Shown here in pieces: positions 49,102-57,544 of a DNA stretch of 64,000 nucleotides. The stretch comes from Candidatus Micrarchaeota archaeon. Its GTDB lineage: Archaea > Micrarchaeota > Micrarchaeia > Micrarchaeales > CABMGC01. The notes beneath the pieces were generated by a model. The model did not search any database, was not told the DNA's origin, and saw nothing but the letters and a program-made list of their open reading frames with translations. Numbering within the stretch: position 1 is the stretch's first letter; each line of letters begins with the position of its first letter. The stretch lies in the NCBI GenBank assembly GCA_021802765.1, contig JAJZRI010000003.1, positions 27,919 to 91,918 of the forward strand, given 5' to 3'. Made by a program: the position numbers and the translations under genes.

Positions 49102-49568
49102 GCTACACCTGCTTTGCTCTTAACATCCTTTATTACCTGGCCCACCTTGCCTGCAATGTCCGTGTAATTTGACTCGAAGATGCCTATTGCCCAGTTGTTT
49201 GCATCGAATCTGTCTCCCGTATTTGGCGGTTTAAAGTAAAACTTGCCTAGGTTGTTCTCCACATATCCCATTTTTTTCATTCTAAGCAGGTGATACCTTA
49301 GTGTCTTCTCATTTATCTCTTCCCAGTTCTTGTTTATGTACTCTATCAGCTCCTTTACGGTGGGGTCTGTGTTCTTTATGAACTGAAAATTAACTAGTGC
49401 GTCGAGCACTGCGAGCGAGCTCAGCCTTGACTCGCCCGGATTTATTATTCCCAGAGAAAGGGCTAGCCAGCGGATAGCAGACCGCCTGGTTTCTAGAACC
49501 TCGCTTGTAAGCCTGAGGTTCCTTATTGTTATTTCATTCTCTATTAGAGATGCTTCGTTAAGATCCAT
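49098..49568 (-). CDS. Hypothetical wHTH protein
   Basis: PTVKELIE...INEKTLRYHLLRMKKMGYVE HTH pattern; 4-bp overlap with the surface protein gene. Confidence 0.7.
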   Translation of the reverse strand: MDLNEASLIENEITIRNLRLTSEVLETRRSAIRWLALSLGIINPGESRLSSLAVLDALVNFQFIKNTDPTVKELIEYINKNWEEINEKTLRYHLLRMKKMGYVENNLGKFYFKPPNTGDRFDANNWAIGIFESNYTDIAGKVGQVIKDVKSKAGVA

Positions 49569-49654
49569 GCCGGGCCTCTTGTCAGATGTAAATATAGGGT
49601 TAAATAATTAATGCTTATAACTACATATTACTCTAAATTTATATAAGTGATTGT

Positions 49655-50011
49655 ATGGCACAGCAAAACGAGCAGGAAGCGGAGAAGCTTTTGAGAGATT
49701 ATCAGATGCTGCAGGAGCAGCTCAGGGTGTATGCCATACAGCTTGACCAGCTAAAGGCACAGAAGGTCGAGTTTGAAAGGGCAAATGAGGAGGTTAGTGC
49801 GGCTTTGGGCAAGGTGTATATCAGCGTGGGTGGACTCATAGTCGAGACCACGAAGGAGAAGGCGCTTTCCGATCTAAAGGATAGAACCGAACTTTCAGAA
49901 ACCAGGATAACGTCAATAACAAAACAATTCAATGAAATGAAGGCCAAGGAGAAGCAGCTTAGTGATAGGATTACAGAACTTTACAAGGAGGCACAGGGGA
50001 GCGGACAGTAA
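49655..50011 (+). CDS. pfdB: Prefoldin subunit beta
   Basis: Coiled coil, KVYISVGGLIVE hairpin, coiled coil; 118 aa. Confidence 0.9.
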   Translation: MAQQNEQEAEKLLRDYQMLQEQLRVYAIQLDQLKAQKVEFERANEEVSAALGKVYISVGGLIVETTKEKALSDLKDRTELSETRITSITKQFNEMKAKEKQLSDRITELYKEAQGSGQ

Positions 50012-50017
50012 TCGCGC

Positions 50018-50527
50018 TTGGTTTTAGGTGTGCCGATGAAATGCTCGGACATAGTCTCTTTTGATATTGACCGGGAGCTTGCGGTGCGGTTGGGAATCCA
50101 GACGGTATTTGTAGTGGGCAAGGACCTATTTGTTTTTGAAAGGCCCGTACAGAATGGAAAGCCGCAGATAATAATGAGTGATGACCCCGGCGTGCTGATA
50201 AGCGGCGTGCGCAGCCCTGAGGTTTTAGGTATAATCTTTGCTGGAGGGAATCTTACTAAGGCGGTGCTTGAGCGGGTAGTTGAGTACAAAAAAAAGGTGT
50301 ATGTGCCTGTTGGCAGACTGCTTAGTGTTGGGATGGCAGAGCGCGGAGCTGAACTTGGAAGACTAAGAAAGATTGTGCTTGCTTCAAGAAAGGCCGGGGC
50401 AGAAGTTAGAATAATTACCATGGCCCGCTCCGGCATGGAAATTCTTTCTGGCCGGCAACTTGCCGCAGTGTCCGGACTTATCCTTGACGGAAGACGTGAT
50501 TTTGGACTTGTTGGTGATGTTTTATGA
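50018..50527 (+). CDS. Probable highly diverged RNase P protein Rpp30 (Rnp3)
   Basis: C-terminal RLRKIV..SRKAG.EVRIITMARS..E resembles the end of the Rpp30 TIM barrel; coupled to Pop5. Confidence 0.55.
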   Translation: MVLGVPMKCSDIVSFDIDRELAVRLGIQTVFVVGKDLFVFERPVQNGKPQIIMSDDPGVLISGVRSPEVLGIIFAGGNLTKAVLERVVEYKKKVYVPVGRLLSVGMAERGAELGRLRKIVLASRKAGAEVRIITMARSGMEILSGRQLAAVSGLILDGRRDFGLVGDVL

Positions 50528-50844
50528 TAATTAGGCAGAAGAGCAGGTATGTAAGGATAGGTGCGTCGGAGATTCTTGACTTTTCTGATAAGGGATTGCT
50601 AGATGCATTTCTGGGTGTCTTGCGCGTTGAAATGGGAGGTGTGGAGTATGTTAGGGCAAATCCAAGGATAGTAGACTGCGGGAACACTGGAATTGTAATT
50701 AGAGTGAATAGGGGATTTGAGGACGAGCTCGTGCTTGCCGTATCTTTTATCAAGAATGTCGCTGGAAAACGTGTTGGATTCTATACTTTTGGTGTTTCAG
50801 GGTCTATTAAGAATCTGAAGGAAAAACCAGTTAAGTTACCATAA
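50524..50844 (+). CDS. rnp2: RNase P protein Pop5/Rpp14 (Rnp2)
   Basis: RQKSRY, GIVIRVNR, GVSGSIK motifs. Confidence 0.8.
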   Translation: MIIRQKSRYVRIGASEILDFSDKGLLDAFLGVLRVEMGGVEYVRANPRIVDCGNTGIVIRVNRGFEDELVLAVSFIKNVAGKRVGFYTFGVSGSIKNLKEKPVKLP

Positions 50845-51270
50845 CCTGCTCTGTGAATGAGTATTTTCGTGTATTAGAAATATTGATTCCCATTCTTTGC
50901 CTAAGGATCTGAACTCTACCATCCGTCCGTCCTTCTTTGCAAGCCCAATTCCAAATTCCATTCCTTTTGATATGCCAAGATCGGTATACACGACGGTAAT
51001 TGCGCCTAGTTTCTGTATTATATATTTCCCTGCATTTATGCCAAGCTCCCGGTCTTCGGCGATATTGTCGTCGAGTATCCCTGTTTGTGTGAAGAATAAG
51101 TGAGACGCATATGGTGTTTCTCCCTTTAGAAGGCAGTCCCTTACGGCGGCGCGCGCATACCGTATGTTTCTTTTTATCTCGGCTTCGGTTGGCGCCGAGT
51201 ATGGCGACTCTATATCCACAAACTTAATAGAAGTTAGTTTTTGTGCTGTTGTTGTTTTTATAGCAGACAT
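50836..51270 (-). CDS. Nucleoside 2-deoxyribosyltransferase-like protein (DUF4406-like)
   Basis: IESPY, RNIRYAR..VRDCL..GETPYASHL, YTDLGISKGM..GI motifs. Confidence 0.7.
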   Translation of the reverse strand: MSAIKTTTAQKLTSIKFVDIESPYSAPTEAEIKRNIRYARAAVRDCLLKGETPYASHLFFTQTGILDDNIAEDRELGINAGKYIIQKLGAITVVYTDLGISKGMEFGIGLAKKDGRMVEFRSLGKEWESIFLIHENTHSQSRLW

Positions 51271-51326
51271 ACTACCACCATTTTGTGCTTTGGCGGGGTG
51301 TTTGGCCCCGTCCGTATCAGGTTAGC

Positions 51327-52004
51327 TTACTGTTTTGCGGTCTGCTGAAAGAGTGCCACGGTCTCTTCCTTATTTAATATAGTATATGGCTTTCCGCAGC
51401 TCTCGCAGTTAAAACCAGACTCAAACGCCGTGTCGAAAGGCAATATGACCTTTTGGTCAGAATAGCATTTCTTGCACATGAAAAAGTCGTTGCAGTCGCC
51501 AGGGAGGTTTGGCTCGTTCGTCTTTGTCATCTCGCTCTCTATCTTGTTTATGTAAGATTCGAGTTTCTCGTTGTTTATCTTCCATTTGAATATCAGCCAG
51601 CCTTTGCTGTCCTTGTTTACATCATACTTTACTATGCTGTATCCATTCATAAGGTTCAATGACCGCCTTATGTCATTTACTTTTATGTTGAGTTGAGATG
51701 CTATCTCCTCGTCCGTCTTTGAATTCTTTGCAAGTTCTCTCAATATCTGGGGTGCCACCGTTCCCACATTACTTGATATATGCTGGGTGAAGTTCTTGTT
51801 CTCCAGAAGGTATGCAGATCTCCTTGTTTCCTCAATCAACCTCTCTCTTGCTATCACCACTTCCTGCTCCTTTTTTGAAAGCTTCTTTGGTTTTGGTGGG
51901 GTTTTTGGGTGCTTTGCCGCCCTGCTGTGCGTGGCGTGCTTCTTTGCGATCTTCCTAGTAGGTCTTGGGGACGTCTTCTTGTGAGTATTGGTTGTCTTGG
52001 GCAA
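51327..52004 (-). CDS. tfe: Transcription factor E alpha with a basic N-terminal tail
   Basis: TDEEIASQLNIKVNDIRRSL..., GWLIFKW wHTH; CKKC..F..AFE.GFNCESCG zinc ribbon; GGTGA SD before the TTG. Confidence 0.85.
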   Translation of the reverse strand: MPKTTNTHKKTSPRPTRKIAKKHATHSRAAKHPKTPPKPKKLSKKEQEVVIARERLIEETRRSAYLLENKNFTQHISSNVGTVAPQILRELAKNSKTDEEIASQLNIKVNDIRRSLNLMNGYSIVKYDVNKDSKGWLIFKWKINNEKLESYINKIESEMTKTNEPNLPGDCNDFFMCKKCYSDQKVILPFDTAFESGFNCESCGKPYTILNKEETVALFQQTAKQ

Positions 52005-52236
52005 GGTTTCACCTTTATTGGGATGTACTATTAATAGTGTTTGAACTCGTATATAAATACTATAATTTTTAGCAAAATACGTGTTGGTTTTTGTTAATTT
52101 GTACGTGCTGCTTGTTTTTGGTCCAATAGATGATTATGCATGTTCAAATATTTAAACCTTTAAACGCCGTTGTATTTCAGGTTTGCTGCTTTCGGGGTTT
52201 GGGTTTTATATCTTAGTGTTTCTTATTAATAACCGA

Positions 52237-52311
52237 AGCGAGGTAGGGTAGCCTGGAGTGCCCGCCGGGCTCATAACCCGGAGATCGGAGGTTCAAATCC
52301 TTCCCTCGCTA
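52237..52311 (+). tRNA. Initiator tRNA-Met(CAT)
   Basis: A1-U72 pair (AGCGAGG/CCTCGCT); anticodon arm CCGGG-CTCATAA-CCCGG with three G-C pairs. Confidence 0.96.
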
Positions 52312-52427
52312 TCAAACAGTAGCACCCCACAATTCCACTATTCGTGATTCTTTTATTATATTATGTATATGTATCTATTTGTTTAAAGATATAATAATAA
52401 ACGACTGACGGTAAATAGATAAAAATA

Positions 52428-52919
52428 GTGGAATTGAACTGTGGCGATAATTTGGATACAGACATAAGCGTAAATGGACTTAATAACCTGTTAAAATCAG
52501 AGCAAAAATCAGGGGAGATTGCCCCGCTTCCAAAAGAGTTTTACCTTAAAATAAATGAAAAACTCAAGACGTTCAGCACCCCAGATAGCGACGAATACAA
52601 AAACCTATTCAAGCTTTATACTACAATAAGGGAGCGAAGAACACAGAAGATATTGGTATACCTTGCCTATAATAAGGAGTTACCACGCCCGCTACCCGCA
52701 GAAGACGAAGATTTATATATACAAATAAAAAACATAATAAACAAAAGCAGCGGCGAGTCAAAACCGTCCAAACTCAAGGTATCAAGCACAATACCACAAA
52801 TAGTTGCCCCGTCAGGCAACAAGCTAGGCCCGTACGAACAAAACGAAATAGTTTATGTATACGACCGCGCAGATGCAAAATTCATGGTAGAAAACAAACT
52901 CGGAGAAACGATAGATTAA
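52428..52919 (+). CDS. gins: GINS complex subunit (Gins51-like)
   Basis: EQKSGEIAPLPKEFY, RERRTQKI A-domain; GPYEQNEIV...AKFMV B-domain; precedes L44e as in the conserved cluster. Confidence 0.8.
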   Translation: MELNCGDNLDTDISVNGLNNLLKSEQKSGEIAPLPKEFYLKINEKLKTFSTPDSDEYKNLFKLYTTIRERRTQKILVYLAYNKELPRPLPAEDEDLYIQIKNIINKSSGESKPSKLKVSSTIPQIVAPSGNKLGPYEQNEIVYVYDRADAKFMVENKLGETID

Positions 52920-52929
52920 GTTGATGAAT

Positions 52930-53211
52930 ATGAAAATAAGCAAAGAAATAATGACCTACTGCCAAAAGTGCAACAAGCACACAAAGCACACTGTTAAGAA
53001 CTACAACAAGAAGTCCCAGAGGGGGTCAAGCCTAGGAACAAGGAGGCACAACCGCGCAATAAAAGGTTATGTTGGAAGCATTGAACCAAAGATTCATCCA
53101 AAGAAACTAGGAAAGAAGCAGAAAGTAATGATCGAATGCCAGACCTGCAAAAACGTCGGCGAGAAAGTAGTAGGAATGAGAACCAAAAAGAAGATAGAAA
53201 TAAGCAGGTAA
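52930..53211 (+). CDS. rpl44e: 50S ribosomal protein L44e
   Basis: TYCQKCNKHTKH and ECQTC zinc ligands. Confidence 0.93.
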   Translation: MKISKEIMTYCQKCNKHTKHTVKNYNKKSQRGSSLGTRRHNRAIKGYVGSIEPKIHPKKLGKKQKVMIECQTCKNVGEKVVGMRTKKKIEISR

Positions 53212-53215
53212 GCAA

Positions 53216-53983
53216 TTGATAATACCAAAAGAGCTCCCCGCCGTGGGGGACTTTGTAATAATAAAAATAACAAAAATAATGCCGCACGGAGCATATTGCA
53301 GGCTTACGGAATACAATATGGATTCGTACCTCCCCATATCCGAAGTCTCTTCAGGCTGGATTAAAAACATACATGAATTCATAAGGGAGGGACAGCAGGA
53401 CGTTGCTAAGGTAATATTCGTAGATCCAGAAAAGCGGTCAGTAGACATCTCCCTAAAGAAAGCCACTGGCAAGGACAAGAAGGACAAGATAAATGACTAT
53501 AGCCTTGAAAAGCGGGCGGAAGGTATGGTCAACAAGGCAATTGTCGCATCAAAACAAGAGGCCGCAAAGGATGCACTGACGCTTGAACTCTCAAAACACG
53601 CCAAGACCTACAATGAACTAGTAAACGCCATATTTGAAGGCAAAGACCCGCTTTCCAGCATAAAGGAAAAAGAGTTCAAACAGGCGCTCTACGACCTTGT
53701 GGCAAAGACAATAAAACCAAGGACGTACACCGTTGCCTATAGTGTCGATCTTACTACAACCAACACAAAATCCGGACTGAATTCAATCAAAGAAGCGCTG
53801 ATGGAGATAGAGAAGAAAGGAGTAGAGGTGCTATATATGGGCGCACCAAAATATCGCCTTATGGCTACCGATTCAAGCTATCTTAAAGCAGAAGAGAAGA
53901 TAAAATTCGCGCAGGACATATTAGAGCAGCACAAGAACCTAGAGTTCTCGATGAAGAGCATAAAAGTACAGGCGCCGCAATGA
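53216..53983 (+). CDS. eif2a: Translation initiation factor 2 subunit alpha
   Basis: S1 domain ISEVSSGWIKNI, VDISLK, YMGAPKY motifs. Confidence 0.95.
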   Translation: MIIPKELPAVGDFVIIKITKIMPHGAYCRLTEYNMDSYLPISEVSSGWIKNIHEFIREGQQDVAKVIFVDPEKRSVDISLKKATGKDKKDKINDYSLEKRAEGMVNKAIVASKQEAAKDALTLELSKHAKTYNELVNAIFEGKDPLSSIKEKEFKQALYDLVAKTIKPRTYTVAYSVDLTTTNTKSGLNSIKEALMEIEKKGVEVLYMGAPKYRLMATDSSYLKAEEKIKFAQDILEQHKNLEFSMKSIKVQAPQ

Positions 53984-54732
53984 ACAGGACAAAAATATAC
54001 TATAAGAAGAGCACAAAGTTCAGGTCCCCCGTTATGATAGTGGGTCTTCCAGGCATAGGCAGTGTCGGCAGCCTCGTCGCAGAATACCTAAGGAATGAAC
54101 TAGGAGCAAAAAGATTCGCAACACTATATTCGCCCCATTTCATACACCAGACGATAATGCTCAAGAGCGGCTACACTCGGCTCATAAGCAACCGGTTCTA
54201 TTCAAAGGATACCAAGAAGGGCACGGTGATAATACTTCTTGGCGACACACAGGCCGCAACACCAGAAGGTCAATATGAGATAAATGAGACGATAGTTAAA
54301 TTCTTCAAGAAGCTCGGCGGGAAGACGCTCTACACCATCGGCGGCTATAGCTCTGGTGGGCAATATGTACACAGCCCAAAAGTCTTTGGTGTCGCTACAG
54401 ATAAACAGACCAAAGACACCCTTTCAAAGAAAGGGGTGCTTTTCGGCCAGACGAACGGAGCCATATGGGGATCTGCAGGTATGATAGTCACCTTTGCAAA
54501 GAAGCACAAAATTCACGCAGCATGCATAATGGGCGAAACCGGAGCACTGGAGATAGATGCAAATTCAGCAAGAGCCGTCCTGGAAACTATTAAAAACATC
54601 CTCGGCATAAGCATAAACCTCGAGAACATCGACAAGATAAAGAAGGAAACCGACAGGATGATAAAGGAGATAGAGGACTCGCAAAAACTCCAGGAAGCGC
54701 CGCACAAAGAGAATTTCCCTTACATAAGATAG
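53980..54732 (+). CDS. PAC2-family proteasome assembly chaperone
   Basis: GLPGIGSVG, LYSPHF, GDTQA, CIMGET motifs; C-terminal YIR. Confidence 0.9.
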   Translation: MNRTKIYYKKSTKFRSPVMIVGLPGIGSVGSLVAEYLRNELGAKRFATLYSPHFIHQTIMLKSGYTRLISNRFYSKDTKKGTVIILLGDTQAATPEGQYEINETIVKFFKKLGGKTLYTIGGYSSGGQYVHSPKVFGVATDKQTKDTLSKKGVLFGQTNGAIWGSAGMIVTFAKKHKIHAACIMGETGALEIDANSARAVLETIKNILGISINLENIDKIKKETDRMIKEIEDSQKLQEAPHKENFPYIR

Positions 54733-54735
54733 TCT

Positions 54736-56451
54736 TCACCTTCTTCTTATTATCATTCTAAATAGCATGATCAGCGCGAGAAGTATAAGCACTACTGCAA
54801 TGTAATTTACGAGCGCGCTCATCTGTGATATCCGGTCCAATAATGCCCCCTGCCCAGCGCCCTGCACTGTGGTAGTAGGTTGGCTCTCCACGCTTGACGC
54901 ATTCTGTATATTCTGCGCGGTGCTATTTATCCTTCCATCCACAACTATCTGTTCATTTGGATCAAGCCTGCCTGTGGTTATGAAGCCCCCGTTGCCATAT
55001 CCTGAAGTAACCGTTCTTAAATTCGCCGCAGTCTCTGCCGTATCCTCACCGAACGTATACGCAGATGGGAAAGGCACCAGGGTGCCATTCTGATAATAAT
55101 ATATCCAGGCCGTTGCTGCCAGCCTGCTGAAGTAGGACTGCGCACCACCCGACTCGCCGCCGAAGACCAGCTCCGCATCATAATAATTGCCGCTGAGGTT
55201 GCCAATGCTTGGAGTAAAGTAAAAAGGAGTGACAAGGAAGGTGGAATTTACCGCGCCGGGAAAGAGTACACGATCATAAAACACCAACGGACCGGCGCCG
55301 GAGCTGCCATTCTCTAGCACCTGATATCCGAAAGAAGCCAGTGTGCCGTTCGCAGTCTGGTTCTCAAGCATCACCAGCTTTATATTGAATGGCAAGGAGT
55401 AATTGAACAGGTATTCTGGGTAAGAATATGCGTAGAAGGTCTGGTTACCACATTCCCCGCAAACAGTGAGGTTTCCCTTTCCGACAACAGTTCTATTTTC
55501 CATGCTTGCCGTTGGGTAGGTGTTGTTCCATATGTTGCTTACAAAGTAATAGCTTTTCTGGCTGGTATTGAAGTCCACAACATTCTGCATCCAAAACACC
55601 TGACTTTTACCCCCTACCTTAGTGTTCATCTCTATATTGAGCTGCAGGCTTGCGCCAAATGCCGAATTGTTGTCAGAGAGATTGAAGTCACGTGCGCTAA
55701 TATCTGAAATGTTTGCATTGCCTACTATTCCGTCCGTAGATATCGGATAAGGCTCCAAAGCCCCAGATTTATTGAATACGCCATAACTGACAACACCAAC
55801 CGGATAATTCTGCCCGCTAAAGAATCCGCCAAGAGGATCTATCGTCTGGTTCTGTGACTTCACAATCAGGAATGCTTCTGTGGGCGTGGTCGAATATATG
55901 GTAAAGTAATGTTCCCCACGGTTAAGCGATATGTTGTACATTGAGTCGTAGTTGCCGTCACCATTCAGGAAACCCAACTGTCCGGAAAAGTTTATAGATA
56001 TGGGGAATCTTCTGAAGTTCTTGTCCGTGAGCAAAGATACGTTAACCAGGCTGTAGTTGCCCAAATAAACTGGGTATCTATATGTGCCAGACACGGTTAT
56101 TATCTTGCCAAGCCCACGGTGCACCCCAAATGAAAATGACGAGACATTCTCAGGATACTTTACACTGAATATAACCACATAACTTCCAGATGACAGGTTC
56201 TTTACATATATACCCGACCCGACAGTCTCGTTGACAAGCAATTGCGTCGGATATCCATAAAACCACCGCTTGAAACTGGACGACTTTAGTATGATCATCT
56301 GCACGGGTCCCCCCGAATCGATGCCAGACACTATACTCATGTTGTTGCCGATGGTTATGTTGTTGTATAAGAATCCCCCAGCAGTGAGGTATTGGTACGC
56401 ATTGGCCGTTCCAACAACAAGCACGAAAAGTGCGGCAAGCAACAACTTCAT
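54736..56451 (-). CDS. Thermopsin-family (A5) secreted acid protease with C-terminal anchor
   Basis: Signal peptide; PVGVVSYG, ASLQLN, FWMQNV, DAELVFGG, FGEDTAE motifs; C-terminal TM followed by RRR. Confidence 0.88.
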   Translation of the reverse strand: MKLLLAALFVLVVGTANAYQYLTAGGFLYNNITIGNNMSIVSGIDSGGPVQMIILKSSSFKRWFYGYPTQLLVNETVGSGIYVKNLSSGSYVVIFSVKYPENVSSFSFGVHRGLGKIITVSGTYRYPVYLGNYSLVNVSLLTDKNFRRFPISINFSGQLGFLNGDGNYDSMYNISLNRGEHYFTIYSTTPTEAFLIVKSQNQTIDPLGGFFSGQNYPVGVVSYGVFNKSGALEPYPISTDGIVGNANISDISARDFNLSDNNSAFGASLQLNIEMNTKVGGKSQVFWMQNVVDFNTSQKSYYFVSNIWNNTYPTASMENRTVVGKGNLTVCGECGNQTFYAYSYPEYLFNYSLPFNIKLVMLENQTANGTLASFGYQVLENGSSGAGPLVFYDRVLFPGAVNSTFLVTPFYFTPSIGNLSGNYYDAELVFGGESGGAQSYFSRLAATAWIYYYQNGTLVPFPSAYTFGEDTAETAANLRTVTSGYGNGGFITTGRLDPNEQIVVDGRINSTAQNIQNASSVESQPTTTVQGAGQGALLDRISQMSALVNYIAVVLILLALIMLFRMIIRRR

Positions 56452-56503
56452 AAAAAGTGTTTTCAGCGAAAATATATTAAGCTAAAGATAGGAATAGAAC
56501 TGC

Positions 56504-56576
56504 GCGCCGATAGTCTAGCCTGGTAGGACTTTGCCTTCCCAAGGCAATAGCCCGGGTTCAAATCCCGGTCGGCGCA
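56504..56576 (+). tRNA. tRNA-Gly(CCC)
   Basis: GCGCCGA/TCGGCGC acceptor stem, TTGCC-TTCCCAA-GGCAA anticodon arm, GGTTCAAATCC T-arm. Confidence 0.97.
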
Positions 56577-56629
56577 TGCTTTAAAGCCAATCCTTTAATA
56601 TTTTTAATGTCAAATACTTCTGTGTTAAA

Positions 56630-57544
56630 ATGGCAATATCTTCTTATGTGTGGTTTGACGGAAAGTTCGTGAAGTTCGAGGACGCAAAGGTCAGCATACT
56701 AACCCACTCCCTGCAGTACGGCAGCGGCATATTCGAGGGGATAAGGTTCTACGAAACATACAATGGCCCCGCAGTATTCAGACTCAAGGAACACACAAAG
56801 AGGTTCTTTAACAGCGCCAAGATCTATGCAATGCCAATCAAGATAACTCCAAAGCAGTTCGAGGGCGCGATACTCGAGACAGTCTCAAAGAATGGCATCA
56901 AGGAAGGTTATATACGGCCATTTGGATTCTATAACTCCATAGGCATAGGGTTCAATGTTCGCGGACTAACAACGAGCGTAGCAATAGCCGCTGTGCCATA
57001 CAAAGGACTCTACGGCGAACACGTGAAGGGACTAAGGTGCAAGGTCTCCTCATGGCAGAGGATAAACTCCGCAATACTTCCGGCAGAGGCCAAGGCCAGT
57101 GGCAACTACATAAACTCCATACTCGCCTCAAAGGACGCCCAAGACTCTGGCTACGATGAGACTATACTCCTTTCAAATAACGGCAAGACTGTCGCAGAAG
57201 GCCCTGGTGACAACATCTTCGTAGTGCAGGACGGCGTCCTGATAACGCCTCCGAAATCATCAGACATACTTCTCGGAATAACTCGCGACACGATAATAAG
57301 GCTCGCAGAGGACCTAAAGATACCAGTGCAGGAGAGAGACATAAGGCGCGAGGAGCTTTACACAAGCGACGAGGCATTCTTTACGGGCACCGCAGCAGAG
57401 GTCGAGGTAATAGCATCAATAGATTCAAGGATTCTTGGCGATGGTTCTATTGGCCCAATAACACGGCTCCTAAAGAGCAAGTACTCTGAGGTAGTTCATG
57501 GAAGGGACAAGAAGCACCTCTCCTGGCTTACAGTAGTACGCTGA
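56630..57544 (+). CDS. ilvE: Branched-chain amino acid aminotransferase
   Basis: LQYGSGIFEG, AKASGNY, ILLGITR, EAFFTGTAAE motifs. Confidence 0.95.
   Translation: MAISSYVWFDGKFVKFEDAKVSILTHSLQYGSGIFEGIRFYETYNGPAVFRLKEHTKRFFNSAKIYAMPIKITPKQFEGAILETVSKNGIKEGYIRPFGFYNSIGIGFNVRGLTTSVAIAAVPYKGLYGEHVKGLRCKVSSWQRINSAILPAEAKASGNYINSILASKDAQDSGYDETILLSNNGKTVAEGPGDNIFVVQDGVLITPPKSSDILLGITRDTIIRLAEDLKIPVQERDIRREELYTSDEAFFTGTAAEVEVIASIDSRILGDGSIGPITRLLKSKYSEVVHGRDKKHLSWLTVVR

Noticed and set aside
52200-52400. dif/Xer site at the skew switch
   Set aside because: Half-site-like TTATATCT and AGATATAA words are present but not arranged as 11-6-11 inverted arms; they are better explained as TATA boxes or AT tract
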